64,000 nt of DNA from the NCBI GenBank assembly GCA_049199595.1, contig JBMCYV010000001.1, positions 46,778 through 110,777 on the forward strand. Reading direction: 5' to 3'. The notes beneath the pieces were generated by a model that had not been told where the DNA came from, made no database searches, and worked only from the letters and a program-made list of their open reading frames with translations. A program made the translations under genes and the position numbers. This document shows, in pieces, positions 9,280-19,231 of this stretch (position 1 is its first letter; each line of letters begins with the position of its first letter). This DNA comes from Candidatus Nitrosomirales archaeon. GTDB taxonomy: Archaea > Thermoproteota > Nitrososphaeria > Nitrososphaerales > UBA213.

Positions 9280-12270
9280 TTATGAATTGATTGTTTTATC
9301 ATAGAATATGTCAAAGTCAGTAGGATCGCTGCGTATATGTATGAATACAGCATGAACTTCTGTATTTGTACTTGAAGCAATGCCATGATATTCTCCTACC
9401 TGCTGATTGTCGTGATTGTTAGATGAAGTGTCGGAAACTTTTTTCTGATTATTTGGGCCATGCCAATCTCCAGTACCTTGACAACCACTGAATTGGTTTG
9501 TGTGACAATGATAGTGCCATATTTCCCAATTAACATTACTGGTGTCGGATCTTCGATCTCTTGCGGTTACGTGGACGTTTCCCTCTGGGTTCAGAGCTGT
9601 TTTGCGTACCATAATCGCCGGTTCCCATTGATCACCTGCACCGACAGAATTCAACTGTAATCCTACCCCGGATGCAGGGTTAAACGTGCAAAGATTAAAA
9701 TCAGTATTTTTGCCACAATTGTATGAGTTTCTGTAGAAAATGTCAGCCTTGTTAGTTACGCCATTCTTATGAGAATATGTTATGTGAATTCCTGTAGTCG
9801 ATCTGAAATCTATGGCCATTGTTGGGAATTGAGCGGCTCGTATGCAACTTGTACCAGTGCCGCTAACATCACCTACACTGAATTGTCCGCAGTTAAGCCT
9901 TGTGATTGTCGAAACAGTTCTTGGCGCCTTCCAGTCACCAACACCATCACTACCACCATTGTCATTTCTGGTCAGCTTTATGTCTGCGGTAGTGGCAGTG
10001 TTGTAATGTACCCACGCAAGATACACTTCATTCTGTACTGGCCCTACGGCAATGTAACAACCTTGTACGAAACTGTTAGGCGGCCCACCGCTCACCGTAG
10101 CTCGTATTTGAGGCGTCGAATCTATTCCCGGTCTAAAGAACTTGATTCTCCAGACCTCAGGGGTGACAGTCCTGTCGATTTCTGTCCAGCAAACATATAC
10201 TCTATCCTTGAAAGGACTTGAGGTATTTTTGTCCACAGCCACCCACTCCTTGTCCATATCTACATTTCCTGATGTATCTACTGGTCTCGAAACATTGCCG
10301 GAAGTCCAATTAATGCCGTCTGTTGATGTTGCTTGCCATATACCATCTCCAGTAGTTGCGAAGCCTATACACATCATATAGAACTTACCCGTCGTATCAC
10401 TAACTATCACTGGATCGGTACTAGAATTCAGATTTACCCAACTTGGTGGCGCCGGCGCTCGATAATCATTGCTAGGCCAGCTTGTACCTCCATTAGTGCT
10501 CCGTGCTGTTGCACACTTCATAGTGGCAGTATAAACTTCGTCCATATAAGCTGCAACTAACGTATCGGGTTCAGAAGCAGATTTCACAGCTATGTAGGGT
10601 TCTATCTGCGATAGTTGAGACTGGAATTGAGTTACCTCCTTGTCTTCCATCCAAGAAGGTGGACTACCACTTGGGGGATCAAAAGCAACATAAATGATCT
10701 CCCTTGGTGTCCCATCAATGTTACTCCAGCTTAGGGTAAAGCCATCTGCATCAAATGATTGGAGATCTGCAGCTGCATTTATCGTAGAAAAGCTTGCTGG
10801 TTCATTTTCGGTCATTAATCTCATTATCTTTGTCGTTATGGAAGTGCGAGCAGTAATAGAGGTAGCCACGTTATCCGTATCACCTACCCACACAACACCT
10901 TCGTTTCCATCTCCAGGGGCATGGGCTGCACCAAAAGATAATCTATTATGATCCAGAACCGCACTATTGGCTTGTGAATTAAAACTCGTCAATATCAAAC
11001 CCTCTGGTAGGAATCCGACTCCAGTTATAGGCTGGGGTACAGGTGTCATCCCTGATATAGGCTGAGTCAAACTTCCAACATGATGGCGACCTCCTTTTAG
11101 CGCCAAATAATAAATACGATCTATGTTAGTGGGGTCAGGCGCATCTGTCCAGTTTATGGTAAAACCGGTTGAATCCATGGAAACGAAATCCGCTTGTGAA
11201 TCTACGTTATTGCATGAACCTGGCATAAGAGTTAGAATAGCCAGATCTGTCCTCTGCGATCTGCAAGTATTCATGGTAGCCCTATTATCGTTACTCGTCA
11301 CAGCTATGGCAGCTCTCTCAGTTGCAGACACTGCAAAACCGAAGCTGGTGAATGCATTAACATTCTGCGACGTACCATCGCTATTGGTGCGAGGATTGAT
11401 AAACATGAGAAAGTCGGGCTGAAACCCAACGGTTGACACCGTTTGAGGACCTGTTACGCTGTTTGCTATGAATTGATCCACCTTTACATTTGTAAAAATA
11501 GGGCCACCCAAGGCAATATAGTGAATCTTGGATGCTACGTTCCCAGGATCATTCTTCGTCCAAGTGAGCGTAAAACCAGTTGAGGTAAAGCTCGCGTCAG
11601 CCTCGGATATGACTGTAGGATTGCCTGAGCTGAGTATCCTTAAGACTTTGCCGCCGAAACCTCTCCCAGTATTCGATGTTGCCGCATTGTCATCTGACTG
11701 CATACCATTGGATCTGGAGCTTGTGCCGTTCGAAAATCCTATTGCAAAATTGTAGCCTTCCTGCAGACCTCCTGATTGATGGCCGTTAGTGAATAGTATC
11801 AAGGCTTTAGGCTGGAAGCCAACTGTTATGGTCTGGGATCCTACAGTAGTTATCTTGTCAAATCTACCAGTAATAACGTTAAGGACAGAGTTAACTGTGA
11901 TATTGACAGTATCAGGTGTACTGTTCTGCGTACCGTCATTAACTACGAGCTGGAATGTCAGTACAGTCTGTGTACTGACGAGCGGAGCCGTGAAGGTTGG
12001 GTTAACGGTGTTTGCATTTGCCAAAGTTACTGTTGGTCCAGCAGTTTGTGTCCATGAAAACGTTAACGGATCTCCTTCTGGATCTGAACTACCGCTGCCG
12101 TCTAGCACCACTAACGCGTCTTCGTCGACAGTTTGGTCAGGCCCAGCATTGGCTACAGGCGGACTGCCCGGAGCATATGCCGGTGCCGAAGAAAAAACGT
12201 ATACAGAAGTTATAAGCAATGTTGCTATCATAATACCTGTTGTTTTCCGCGTACTTGTTTCAACACTCAA
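9280..12270 (-). CDS. Large secreted protein: PKD/K319-like domain, three internal repeats and a Cys-rich sialidase-like (BNR) C-terminal domain
   Basis: PVANAGPDQTV..LDGSGSSDPEG, 3x VGF(Q/L)P..GFTxxW repeats, STNGGTSW Asp-box and DKEWVAVD. Confidence 0.75.
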   Translation of the reverse strand: MSVETSTRKTTGIMIATLLITSVYVFSSAPAYAPGSPPVANAGPDQTVDEDALVVLDGSGSSDPEGDPLTFSWTQTAGPTVTLANANTVNPTFTAPLVSTQTVLTFQLVVNDGTQNSTPDTVNITVNSVLNVITGRFDKITTVGSQTITVGFQPKALILFTNGHQSGGLQEGYNFAIGFSNGTSSRSNGMQSDDNAATSNTGRGFGGKVLRILSSGNPTVISEADASFTSTGFTLTWTKNDPGNVASKIHYIALGGPIFTNVKVDQFIANSVTGPQTVSTVGFQPDFLMFINPRTNSDGTSQNVNAFTSFGFAVSATERAAIAVTSNDNRATMNTCRSQRTDLAILTLMPGSCNNVDSQADFVSMDSTGFTINWTDAPDPTNIDRIYYLALKGGRHHVGSLTQPISGMTPVPQPITGVGFLPEGLILTSFNSQANSAVLDHNRLSFGAAHAPGDGNEGVVWVGDTDNVATSITARTSITTKIMRLMTENEPASFSTINAAADLQSFDADGFTLSWSNIDGTPREIIYVAFDPPSGSPPSWMEDKEVTQFQSQLSQIEPYIAVKSASEPDTLVAAYMDEVYTATMKCATARSTNGGTSWPSNDYRAPAPPSWVNLNSSTDPVIVSDTTGKFYMMCIGFATTGDGIWQATSTDGINWTSGNVSRPVDTSGNVDMDKEWVAVDKNTSSPFKDRVYVCWTEIDRTVTPEVWRIKFFRPGIDSTPQIRATVSGGPPNSFVQGCYIAVGPVQNEVYLAWVHYNTATTADIKLTRNDNGGSDGVGDWKAPRTVSTITRLNCGQFSVGDVSGTGTSCIRAAQFPTMAIDFRSTTGIHITYSHKNGVTNKADIFYRNSYNCGKNTDFNLCTFNPASGVGLQLNSVGAGDQWEPAIMVRKTALNPEGNVHVTARDRRSDTSNVNWEIWHYHCHTNQFSGCQGTGDWHGPNNQKKVSDTSSNNHDNQQVGEYHGIASSTNTEVHAVFIHIRSDPTDFDIFYDKTINS

Positions 12271-12421
12271 TGATAATTCACTCCGTTTTTCAAAACGCTT
12301 AGCATTAACAAAATATTGTGCATGCGCTCTATCCCATCTTGTTTATGGAAGATCGGATAAAACATTTTTGATAACATCAGAATGAGCAACCTTATATGCC
12401 AATACTTGCATTCTTCAATGG

Positions 12422-13834
12422 TTGAAGAAGAGTTCAAAAAAGTTCCTGACTATTATGGGGATGTTATCAATGGTTATCAGTGTCATCACATTTTCAGCTT
12501 CGTTCGAACAGGTACAGGCACCTAGTGTTGACTTTGCGGTGCTACGCAATGTGAGCAACAGTGTTGGTGACTCTTTCAGTCAGCAGATAGCTACATCTGG
12601 GAATAATGTTTATCTGGTGTGGTATGAGGAAACACAAGGGAGCTTCGACATATTTTTCACAAGAAGTATAGATGCAGGTTTTTCATTTCCATTAATCGGT
12701 GCATCTAATCTCAGCAATACACCTGGGCGTTCGTTCAATCCGGAGATTGAGATATCTGGCAGCAATGTGTATGTTGTTTGGGAAGATGACTCTCCCGGCA
12801 ACTTTGATATATTTTTCACAATGTCTGCCGATAATGGAGTTAGCTTTACCAATACGATTAATCTGAGCAACACCCCGGGAATATCAGCAGCGCCTCAGAT
12901 AGCTATATCTGGCAATAATGTATACGTAGTATGGAGTGATGATACAGCTGGAAATAGCGGCATCTTCTTCGCTAAGAGCAGTGATAACGGAGTCAGTTTT
13001 GATAAAGCAGTTAATATCAGTGCCAGCCTAGGGGTGTCTGGTATTTTTGGGTTGACGAGCATTGTAGCTTCCGTCGACAATGTCTTTTTATCATGGAGCA
13101 AAGAGATTCCAGGGAAGAATGTTGCTACTATTCCAGGAAGTGAGGACGGTGACACGATTCTCGAAAACAACGAAATATTCTTCACGAAAAGCAGTGATAA
13201 CGGAGCTACCTTCGGACCTCTGATTAATCTGAGCAATACAGAAGGAAGATCAGTAGGTCAGCAGATGGCTGTATCCAGCAATAACGTACACGTAGTATGG
13301 TATGAGGAAGATCAACTCGCTCGCAATGGGGTAATTCTAAGAACGAGCAATGATAACGGATCTACCTTCGGACCTGCAGTAGTCCTAACTAACAATGCGG
13401 GAACTTCATATGATCCTGTGGTCGCCGCATCTGCTAATAATGTTTACGTGACTTGGTTTGACAGTAGCTTGGGAAACGTTGCTCTTGCCATGAGGGTCAG
13501 CAATGATAACGGAGCCAGTTTTGCTCGAGCAGTGGTTCTAACTAACAACGCAGGGAGCTCTTTCGATAAACAGATAATGGCGGTATCTGGTTCTAATGTC
13601 TTCGTAGCATGGGATGGTGCAGATCTATCTGGCATCTATCTTAGGAAAAGCAATGACAATGGAGCCACTTTTGGCTCTGCAGTGAAGATAAGCGAGCCCA
13701 GCAGTAGTACCACGGCTGGTTCTCCACGGCTGGCTATAGCAGGCAACAATGTTCATGCAGTATGGAATGAAGGTCTGCTTGTGGATTCAGAAACAGTCCA
13801 AAATCGTGACATAGTATATAAGAAAATCGAATAG
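12422..13834 (+). CDS. Secreted BNR/Asp-box (sialidase-like) beta-propeller protein
   Basis: Signal peptide and about seven SxDNGxxF repeats, each with NVYVVW. Confidence 0.85.
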   Translation: MKKSSKKFLTIMGMLSMVISVITFSASFEQVQAPSVDFAVLRNVSNSVGDSFSQQIATSGNNVYLVWYEETQGSFDIFFTRSIDAGFSFPLIGASNLSNTPGRSFNPEIEISGSNVYVVWEDDSPGNFDIFFTMSADNGVSFTNTINLSNTPGISAAPQIAISGNNVYVVWSDDTAGNSGIFFAKSSDNGVSFDKAVNISASLGVSGIFGLTSIVASVDNVFLSWSKEIPGKNVATIPGSEDGDTILENNEIFFTKSSDNGATFGPLINLSNTEGRSVGQQMAVSSNNVHVVWYEEDQLARNGVILRTSNDNGSTFGPAVVLTNNAGTSYDPVVAASANNVYVTWFDSSLGNVALAMRVSNDNGASFARAVVLTNNAGSSFDKQIMAVSGSNVFVAWDGADLSGIYLRKSNDNGATFGSAVKISEPSSSTTAGSPRLAIAGNNVHAVWNEGLLVDSETVQNRDIVYKKIE

Positions 13835-13880
13835 ATAACACCACTAACAGGAAACTTTTGCGGCGCCGCAAAACTAAGTT

Positions 13881-14744
13881 CTACATACACAAAGCAAATT
13901 TCTTTCTCTGTCTGAGAAGCAAATCTATCTGTGAATGAAGAGTATTCTTGTGTTGCATAAGAATTTCATAAAGTATCCAATTATCTTCTAAATTATCGAT
14001 TGTTGCACCGAACTTGCTCATGGCAGACTGCAAAACTATTATAGGCTTGTCAAAGGCCTTCTGATGTTTTTCTGTCCCCGATGTCCTATCCATTTGGTAC
14101 GATACTCCTGTGTCTGATGCCTCATTACTCTTGATCAACTTTCTTGTATCACGTAGAGATAAATGTCGTAGTCGTATTATTTCGCCCAGTTTTGACTGCT
14201 TTGCCCCGTCATCAAGGGAGCACAAGTCTTCAGCAGCACTTTTACTAATAATCGATTTCTGTATGGCATCAAGAATATCCTCAGGTAAATTGAGTAACTT
14301 TATTTTTCTTGTAACATATGCAGGACTCTTACCTATCTTCCGTGCAAGATCAGAAATTCCGCCGTAGCCAAAGTCAGAAACATATTTCCTAAACGCTTCT
14401 GCTTCTTCTACTGAATTTAGAGTTTTTCTCTGTATATTTTCTATTAGTGATATCTCGAATGCATCTTTATCATCAAGCTCTACCATGTGGCAGGGTATCT
14501 TTCTCCAGCCAAGTGATTTGCATGCGTTGAATCTTCTATTTCCGGCAACAATTTCGAAAGAACCATTATTGTCTGCCCGCACCACTATTGGTTGAAGAAG
14601 ACCTCTTTCTTTGATCGATTGAGCCAATTGTTCAATGTTTGTTAATTGTGATCTTAGCGGCACTCGGGAAGGTTTTATTCTGAAAATATCAACATCATCT
14701 ATCAATCCTGGAATGAGGTCACTTTTCGACGCAATTCTGGACAT
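13881..14744 (-). CDS. ParB/RepB/Spo0J family protein
   Basis: GLLQPIVVR..EIVAGNRR, ENIQR and HTH LARKIGKSPAYVT. Confidence 0.9.
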   Translation of the reverse strand: MSRIASKSDLIPGLIDDVDIFRIKPSRVPLRSQLTNIEQLAQSIKERGLLQPIVVRADNNGSFEIVAGNRRFNACKSLGWRKIPCHMVELDDKDAFEISLIENIQRKTLNSVEEAEAFRKYVSDFGYGGISDLARKIGKSPAYVTRKIKLLNLPEDILDAIQKSIISKSAAEDLCSLDDGAKQSKLGEIIRLRHLSLRDTRKLIKSNEASDTGVSYQMDRTSGTEKHQKAFDKPIIVLQSAMSKFGATIDNLEDNWILYEILMQHKNTLHSQIDLLLRQRKKFALCM

Positions 14745-15155
14745 TCTGAGGTAATAGTATCATATTTTGGGCAACTGATAAGCTTTCTTATTAGTTTTCT
14801 AGCGAATGGTCATATAAACAGATTATCTTTTAATGCACAAAATCTAGAACTGTTGCTATAGAAAATGCGAAGGAGTCGGTAGATCTCTAGCGATAAATGA
14901 TCATGTTTATGAAAGATTTATTGGCCCAGTTAAAGAAGCAAATAAATCTATTCTCTTAAAAACAGCAAGCCTCATCTTCAACAGATCTTCTTCGGATAAA
15001 CTAATTATTCTTGGCGTGAAGCAGTCTAATGAAATAGTTTACAAACGAGCCAGATAGTATTGAAAAGGTATAGTTACGAAATTCTTTTTGATTTTCAACT
15101 TTCCATGTATCCATTATAAAGACCCCCCACAACTTTTGCTGAACGAACCACCCAC

Positions 15156-15414
15156 ATATGTCCCCAGCCTTACTGGCATGGAGCTGTGATTGATATAGTA
15201 AGTAGATATAACAAGTAGAGGTCAAGTATGGCTAGCACACGCCCTCGCGTGACACCGCAGGAAAAAAATCAAGTGTAAAATCAAGGATTCCTATATACCC
15301 TTATGATATACAAGGAGATCTTGAGGAAGACTCTACGGGGATATGAAGAATTGCAAAGAATATTGTTAAAGATTGCAAAACTTTCCCCCGTATGAACTTA
15401 CAACCTTGCGAGGG
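15156..15414 (+). repeat. Inverted repeat copy 1 (partner at 19232-19473)
   Basis: Reverse complement aligns almost perfectly to 19232-19473, with a 13-nt internal duplication in this copy. Confidence 0.9.
15303..15395 (+). CDS. Putative 30-aa small ORF inside the inverted repeat (MIYKEILRKTLRGYEELQRILLKIAKLSPV)
   Basis: Intact in both repeat copies with a single nucleotide difference. Confidence 0.35.
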   Translation: MIYKEILRKTLRGYEELQRILLKIAKLSPV

Positions 15415-15484
15415 ACATATGTGGTTGGATAGAACACCGCCTCAACTTTTGCACAAGCGTATGTTTACATAATCCGTCATCTAG

Positions 15485-16708
15485 TTAGGCATATTCGCTG
15501 ATCCTTCGCTGGTATCTTGTGTCCTGCAAGATCTTGCTCTTTGGTAACCACTTGCTTAATGGAATTGTTAGATTGGTCATTGCAAATTCCAAAGCCTGTT
15601 CCATGCTGCTGAATCTCTGCGGTTTTGATTTCATCATTGCTCTTAACTGTTCTCTAACGAACCACACTCCTAACGGAATGTTAAAACCTGGATAGATCTC
15701 CCGCAACATCAAGACCGAACCTTGCTTCTGCAAACCACTTAATGCTTCCGCAGCTGTCAACCTTGCAGAATAATAACAACCACCAACTTTTGCATAGTGA
15801 TCTATTCCATAGTAACCTTCGTTGTCGCCCATAATCTCTGGATTGCCATACTGCAAGAGGTTCCAAGTTGTGTTCGGAAACCAGGCCTCTATCCATTCAA
15901 AGCACCATGAGCCTGGTATCACTACTGCAACGAAAACGTTCATGTGTATCTTCCTAACATACACTAAATACTCGCCAGTTTCCTGCTGCATTTTCACATT
16001 TGCTACCAATGATTTTGATACGATATCATCTACTGCGGTTATGCTCCATCGCGTAGGTACAAGTCTTCGCGCCTTTCCAAACGAGCCTACACTGAAAGAC
16101 TTCATTATTTTAGACAATGGCACTCTATCACGATAAAGGTCGACCACCGCGTTACCAGCCTTGAGGTCCTTGTCATAATATGCCTTCTCGATCCTATGAT
16201 CTACGCTTACGTTACCACTAACGCTGAACTTCAGCATATGCCCGGAAGGCCCGAAAGGCGGGATGTGCTCGTTCAGGTGCACGGATTTAGCAGGGTCCTT
16301 CTTGAGCACCATGTCTGAATCAACTGGTTTGTCTGCCATTGCTACTTCCTGTAACGTCTGAACTGTCTTGGTCTCCTTGAGGGCATCCTTGACATGAACC
16401 ATCGTTGTGCCTCTTACGAGTGAGAGCCTGAAGCGCAGTATGTCATCTACGTCATAGTCCTGCCATAGTTCTGGTGTGTCGTAGGTAGAGGTGTCTTCGA
16501 AGACGGGGGGTAGCATTGGTCCGACAAGCACTTTGGGATAACCCATTCTGCCAACAAAGACGCTTGGAGGACTGGAACCCTGAATTTCTGAAGCAAGATT
16601 TAGCCTAATGGGCTGAATGTTCATCTTCACCATAACCGGACAGTAAGCAAGTCCACAAAGATGCTTCGTGCCCCTACATTGAATACAAAGTTCTGGAGGA
16701 ATATCCAA
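15485..16708 (-). CDS. nreA: Archaeal DNA repair protein NreA
   Basis: N-terminal CxxC..CG..CP, GSSPPSVFVG, LVPTRWSITAVD, GGCYY and a C-terminal PIP-like QRRISEY. Confidence 0.9.
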   Translation of the reverse strand: MDIPPELCIQCRGTKHLCGLAYCPVMVKMNIQPIRLNLASEIQGSSPPSVFVGRMGYPKVLVGPMLPPVFEDTSTYDTPELWQDYDVDDILRFRLSLVRGTTMVHVKDALKETKTVQTLQEVAMADKPVDSDMVLKKDPAKSVHLNEHIPPFGPSGHMLKFSVSGNVSVDHRIEKAYYDKDLKAGNAVVDLYRDRVPLSKIMKSFSVGSFGKARRLVPTRWSITAVDDIVSKSLVANVKMQQETGEYLVYVRKIHMNVFVAVVIPGSWCFEWIEAWFPNTTWNLLQYGNPEIMGDNEGYYGIDHYAKVGGCYYSARLTAAEALSGLQKQGSVLMLREIYPGFNIPLGVWFVREQLRAMMKSKPQRFSSMEQALEFAMTNLTIPLSKWLPKSKILQDTRYQRRISEYA

Positions 16709-16787
16709 ATCAAAATCAGTTGGTGATCAATGAATATGAAGATTATGTTTGCATTCTACACTGAAAATGAAAACTTGATTTTGGTTT

Positions 16788-16913
16788 TCAAACTTGGACT
16801 TGGCGTTGCTCGCAACAATTCTTGCACATCGTCCAGTTATACAGTTTAGAGCACTCACTACTAACCTGATCGGGGTCAAAGCTGTTACCGCAACTTATAC
16901 AGATTCTTTTCAT
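16788..16913 (-). CDS. Small putative zinc-finger protein, 41 aa (not in the ORF track)
   Basis: Read manually: MKRICISCGNSFDPDQVSSECSKLYNWTMCKNCCEQRQVQV, with two CxxC motifs. Confidence 0.55.
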   Translation of the reverse strand: MKRICISCGNSFDPDQVSSECSKLYNWTMCKNCCEQRQVQV

Positions 16914-17029
16914 AATTTCTCGTTTTCTAATTACTGCATACCTTATTTAAATTACTCGAAAGAATTTGTTAAACTTACAGCTGTTTCTTGATTTATATTA
17001 GTGATCAAATGTAAGTTTCAAATCCAGAT

Positions 17030-17611
17030 TTATGATCCTAGTTTTGCTCTAGCAATCAACCTTGCAACCCTGATCGGTTCTGGTATCGAACCCTGCAACA
17101 AGAACTTGTTAATTGCCAGCTTCGCATTTTTCACATTTACTCCCTCTGCCCTTACAAACACCTTGTAACCAGTCTTTAGCTTGATCTCTTCTCTCGATCT
17201 CAACTCGTGATATGCTTCGATCTTGCTCTCCCATGTGTTAGGGAACTGCCTCTTTATGTGCGCGTCAAGACCCTCGGATTCTTCGAATGTTACGCCTATT
17301 ATGGGGATCTTGAGCCTTTCGTACAACCTCTCAATACTAATTATGTTATACATGCTGATTATCAACCCTCCAAGCATCACAAAGTTTATGTCCGTTCTGT
17401 CAAGGCTTGTGTAAAGTTTGATCACAGCATCAGTAGCATCGTCGCCTCTGACGGTAGCACTTGCATATGCAACACCATCTATGACCATGTCGCTTCTCAT
17501 GACAACACCAGCAAGCACAGATTGCTTTTCAGATTTCTTGAAACTCTCCGCTATGCCCAGTGCACGTATCGCTTTCTTCTCAATATGGAGGTGTCTCATC
17601 TTTGCGCTCAT
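17030..17611 (-). CDS. DUF99 family (endonuclease V-like) protein
   Basis: RALGIAESF, GVVMR, GDDAT and IPEPIRVARLIA motifs. Confidence 0.85.
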   Translation of the reverse strand: MSAKMRHLHIEKKAIRALGIAESFKKSEKQSVLAGVVMRSDMVIDGVAYASATVRGDDATDAVIKLYTSLDRTDINFVMLGGLIISMYNIISIERLYERLKIPIIGVTFEESEGLDAHIKRQFPNTWESKIEAYHELRSREEIKLKTGYKVFVRAEGVNVKNAKLAINKFLLQGSIPEPIRVARLIARAKLGS

Positions 17612-17723
17612 CAGTTTCCCGCTTACTTGCCCTCGTAACTCTCCTGTAAAGAAGGGCTATTACCCCAATGAAGACTACCGTAAGAATCATCCATGCTACC
17701 AATGGGATCAACTCTAAGGGCAT
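17580..17723 (-). CDS. Small single-TM protein, 47 aa (not in the ORF track)
   Basis: Read manually: MPLELIPLVAWMILTVVFIGVIALLYRRVTRASKRETDERKDETPPY. The TM helix is followed by basic residues. Confidence 0.6.
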   Translation of the reverse strand: MPLELIPLVAWMILTVVFIGVIALLYRRVTRASKRETDERKDETPPY

Positions 17724-17759
17724 AAAGTGTATGTATTCACGCATCATATAGCGATTGCG

Positions 17760-18146
17760 CTAAACGAAATCGATCTTCAACGATGATATATCTGGGCTGG
17801 CTTTAACTATCTTCTTCTCCTTTACATCTACGTTTATGCTGTAATTTATCGAAACGGTAAACTGCTTGTCTATGAACGGTATGCCAGGACCGACCTTTAT
17901 TCGTACAGTGTCTATGACATTGTAAAGATCGTTAGAGATCTTTTGCGGTTCTGACGCGGAGAAGATAAGGTTCTTCTTCAACATTCCAGATAGGGATGTG
18001 CTGGCAAGTTCTCGCAGGAAAGGCACCTGACCTGGTATTATCCTGACAATTTCGTCTGCTATGTCCGATACCTTCGCCTTCTCCCAATCCTTAACAATAC
18101 GTTTGGCAGCATTCCCCTTTCCAAGCTTGCTGAACCAAAATGGCAT
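17760..18146 (-). CDS. Hypothetical protein
   Basis: 128-aa ORF with an AT-rich upstream region. Confidence 0.55.
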   Translation of the reverse strand: MPFWFSKLGKGNAAKRIVKDWEKAKVSDIADEIVRIIPGQVPFLRELASTSLSGMLKKNLIFSASEPQKISNDLYNVIDTVRIKVGPGIPFIDKQFTVSINYSINVDVKEKKIVKASPDISSLKIDFV

Positions 18147-18296
18147 TGAACTGGATTAGCAGATGCATACTTTATAGTGTTTATATCCGTGGGAAATTCA
18201 CATAATCTAGTTAAGCGGTGGGTTCTTGCATAGCATACTTGCGAATTTCCTGCACAGGCACATATTCGCGAGCTTCCCACCTTTGCAAGAAACGGT

Positions 18297-18506
18297 ATGC
18301 TTGTGAGTGAAATAGCCTCGAAATACAACACAACTCGTTACCAGATCTACTCCCTGCTGAACCGTTATAATATACCAAGAAGGCCTATTTCAGATCTGCA
18401 ATTATATTATGCAAAAAGGCTCATGGAAGAGAACCCAAAAGCAAAGAAATGGTTTGATGAGAACGATTGCGAGTGCTTTACGTGCTCTTGGCTACGAAGA
18501 TCATGA
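18297..18506 (+). CDS. Small HTH-like protein with a Cys-rich tail
   Basis: SEIASKYNTTRYQIYSLLNRYNIPRR HTH pattern and CECFTC. Confidence 0.5.
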   Translation: MLVSEIASKYNTTRYQIYSLLNRYNIPRRPISDLQLYYAKRLMEENPKAKKWFDENDCECFTCSWLRRS

Positions 18507-18523
18507 TCTGATCTTTTGCTGAT

Positions 18524-18802
18524 CTAATTCTCGTCTAGTGTGAACACAAACCTTGACCCAACAAAGTCCTGCGTTCCCTGCCTCTCCCAGTTGATCTTAT
18601 ACTGCTTTTCTGACTGCTTGCCTATGATCTTTATTGTTTGAGGTAGTGTTGTCCATAAACGCTCAACCTTCTCCTTATCCTTGGTCATAAGCAATGAACG
18701 TCTTCTCTTCATGAGGTACTTTATTGCAACGTTCTTTGGCTGGTGTCCCTCTACAGGGATCTGCTCGGTTCCTAGGTCTATTGTAAACGGTCTTTTTGCC
18801 AT
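18524..18802 (-). CDS. Hypothetical protein (resembles conserved thaumarchaeal small proteins)
   Basis: 92 aa, KNVAIKYLMKRRRSLLMTKD. Confidence 0.7.
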   Translation of the reverse strand: MAKRPFTIDLGTEQIPVEGHQPKNVAIKYLMKRRRSLLMTKDKEKVERLWTTLPQTIKIIGKQSEKQYKINWERQGTQDFVGSRFVFTLDEN

Positions 18803-19014
18803 TTTCAGATGTTAATCCGTAGGTAAAGTAAAAAGGCTTGCTGTCTATCTTCGATCACAAATGAGGTAGTGATTATGAAGCTGCTCCAACTATGTTATCG
18901 CTAAGCTCTTGTGAGGATAATATTACTTGATTGTTATTCTATATTCTGTGTTATAGAAAATCCTGCGCCGATCTACAATACAATTTAAAAGAGATTAACA
19001 CTAACTATAGATCG

Positions 19015-19167
19015 ATGGAAACAACCACGATGAACGTTAGCGAACCTTGTCGCAAGAACACTCATAAGTATTGCGTATATGCTTGGTGTACATGTGGCTG
19101 TCACAAAGAAGATAAGCATGGTAAACCGCTTGAAGTAGCCTTAATTTTCAAATTCTTTGTGTGGTAA
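19015..19167 (+). CDS. Small Cys/His-rich protein
   Basis: SEPCRKNTHKYCVYAWCTCGCH, with TTTAAAA upstream. Confidence 0.45.
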   Translation: METTTMNVSEPCRKNTHKYCVYAWCTCGCHKEDKHGKPLEVALIFKFFVW

Positions 19168-19231
19168 ATAAATATCGTATTTCATGTTTAATAACGATGC
19201 GCGAAGCCTAGAGACCGCTGTTGCGTGTATT

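Larger units (their letters stand above)
7123..15484. mobile_element. Putative genomic island (surface proteins plus ParB) between the duplicated nreA 3' ends
   Basis: Direct-repeat boundaries and accessory gene content. No integrase was seen. Confidence 0.5.

Noticed and set aside
15001-15225. ORFs 15001-15225 and 19361-19582 sharing YLLYQSQLH
   Set aside because: The similarity is a by-product of the DNA inverted repeat, and their starts and ends are not conserved.
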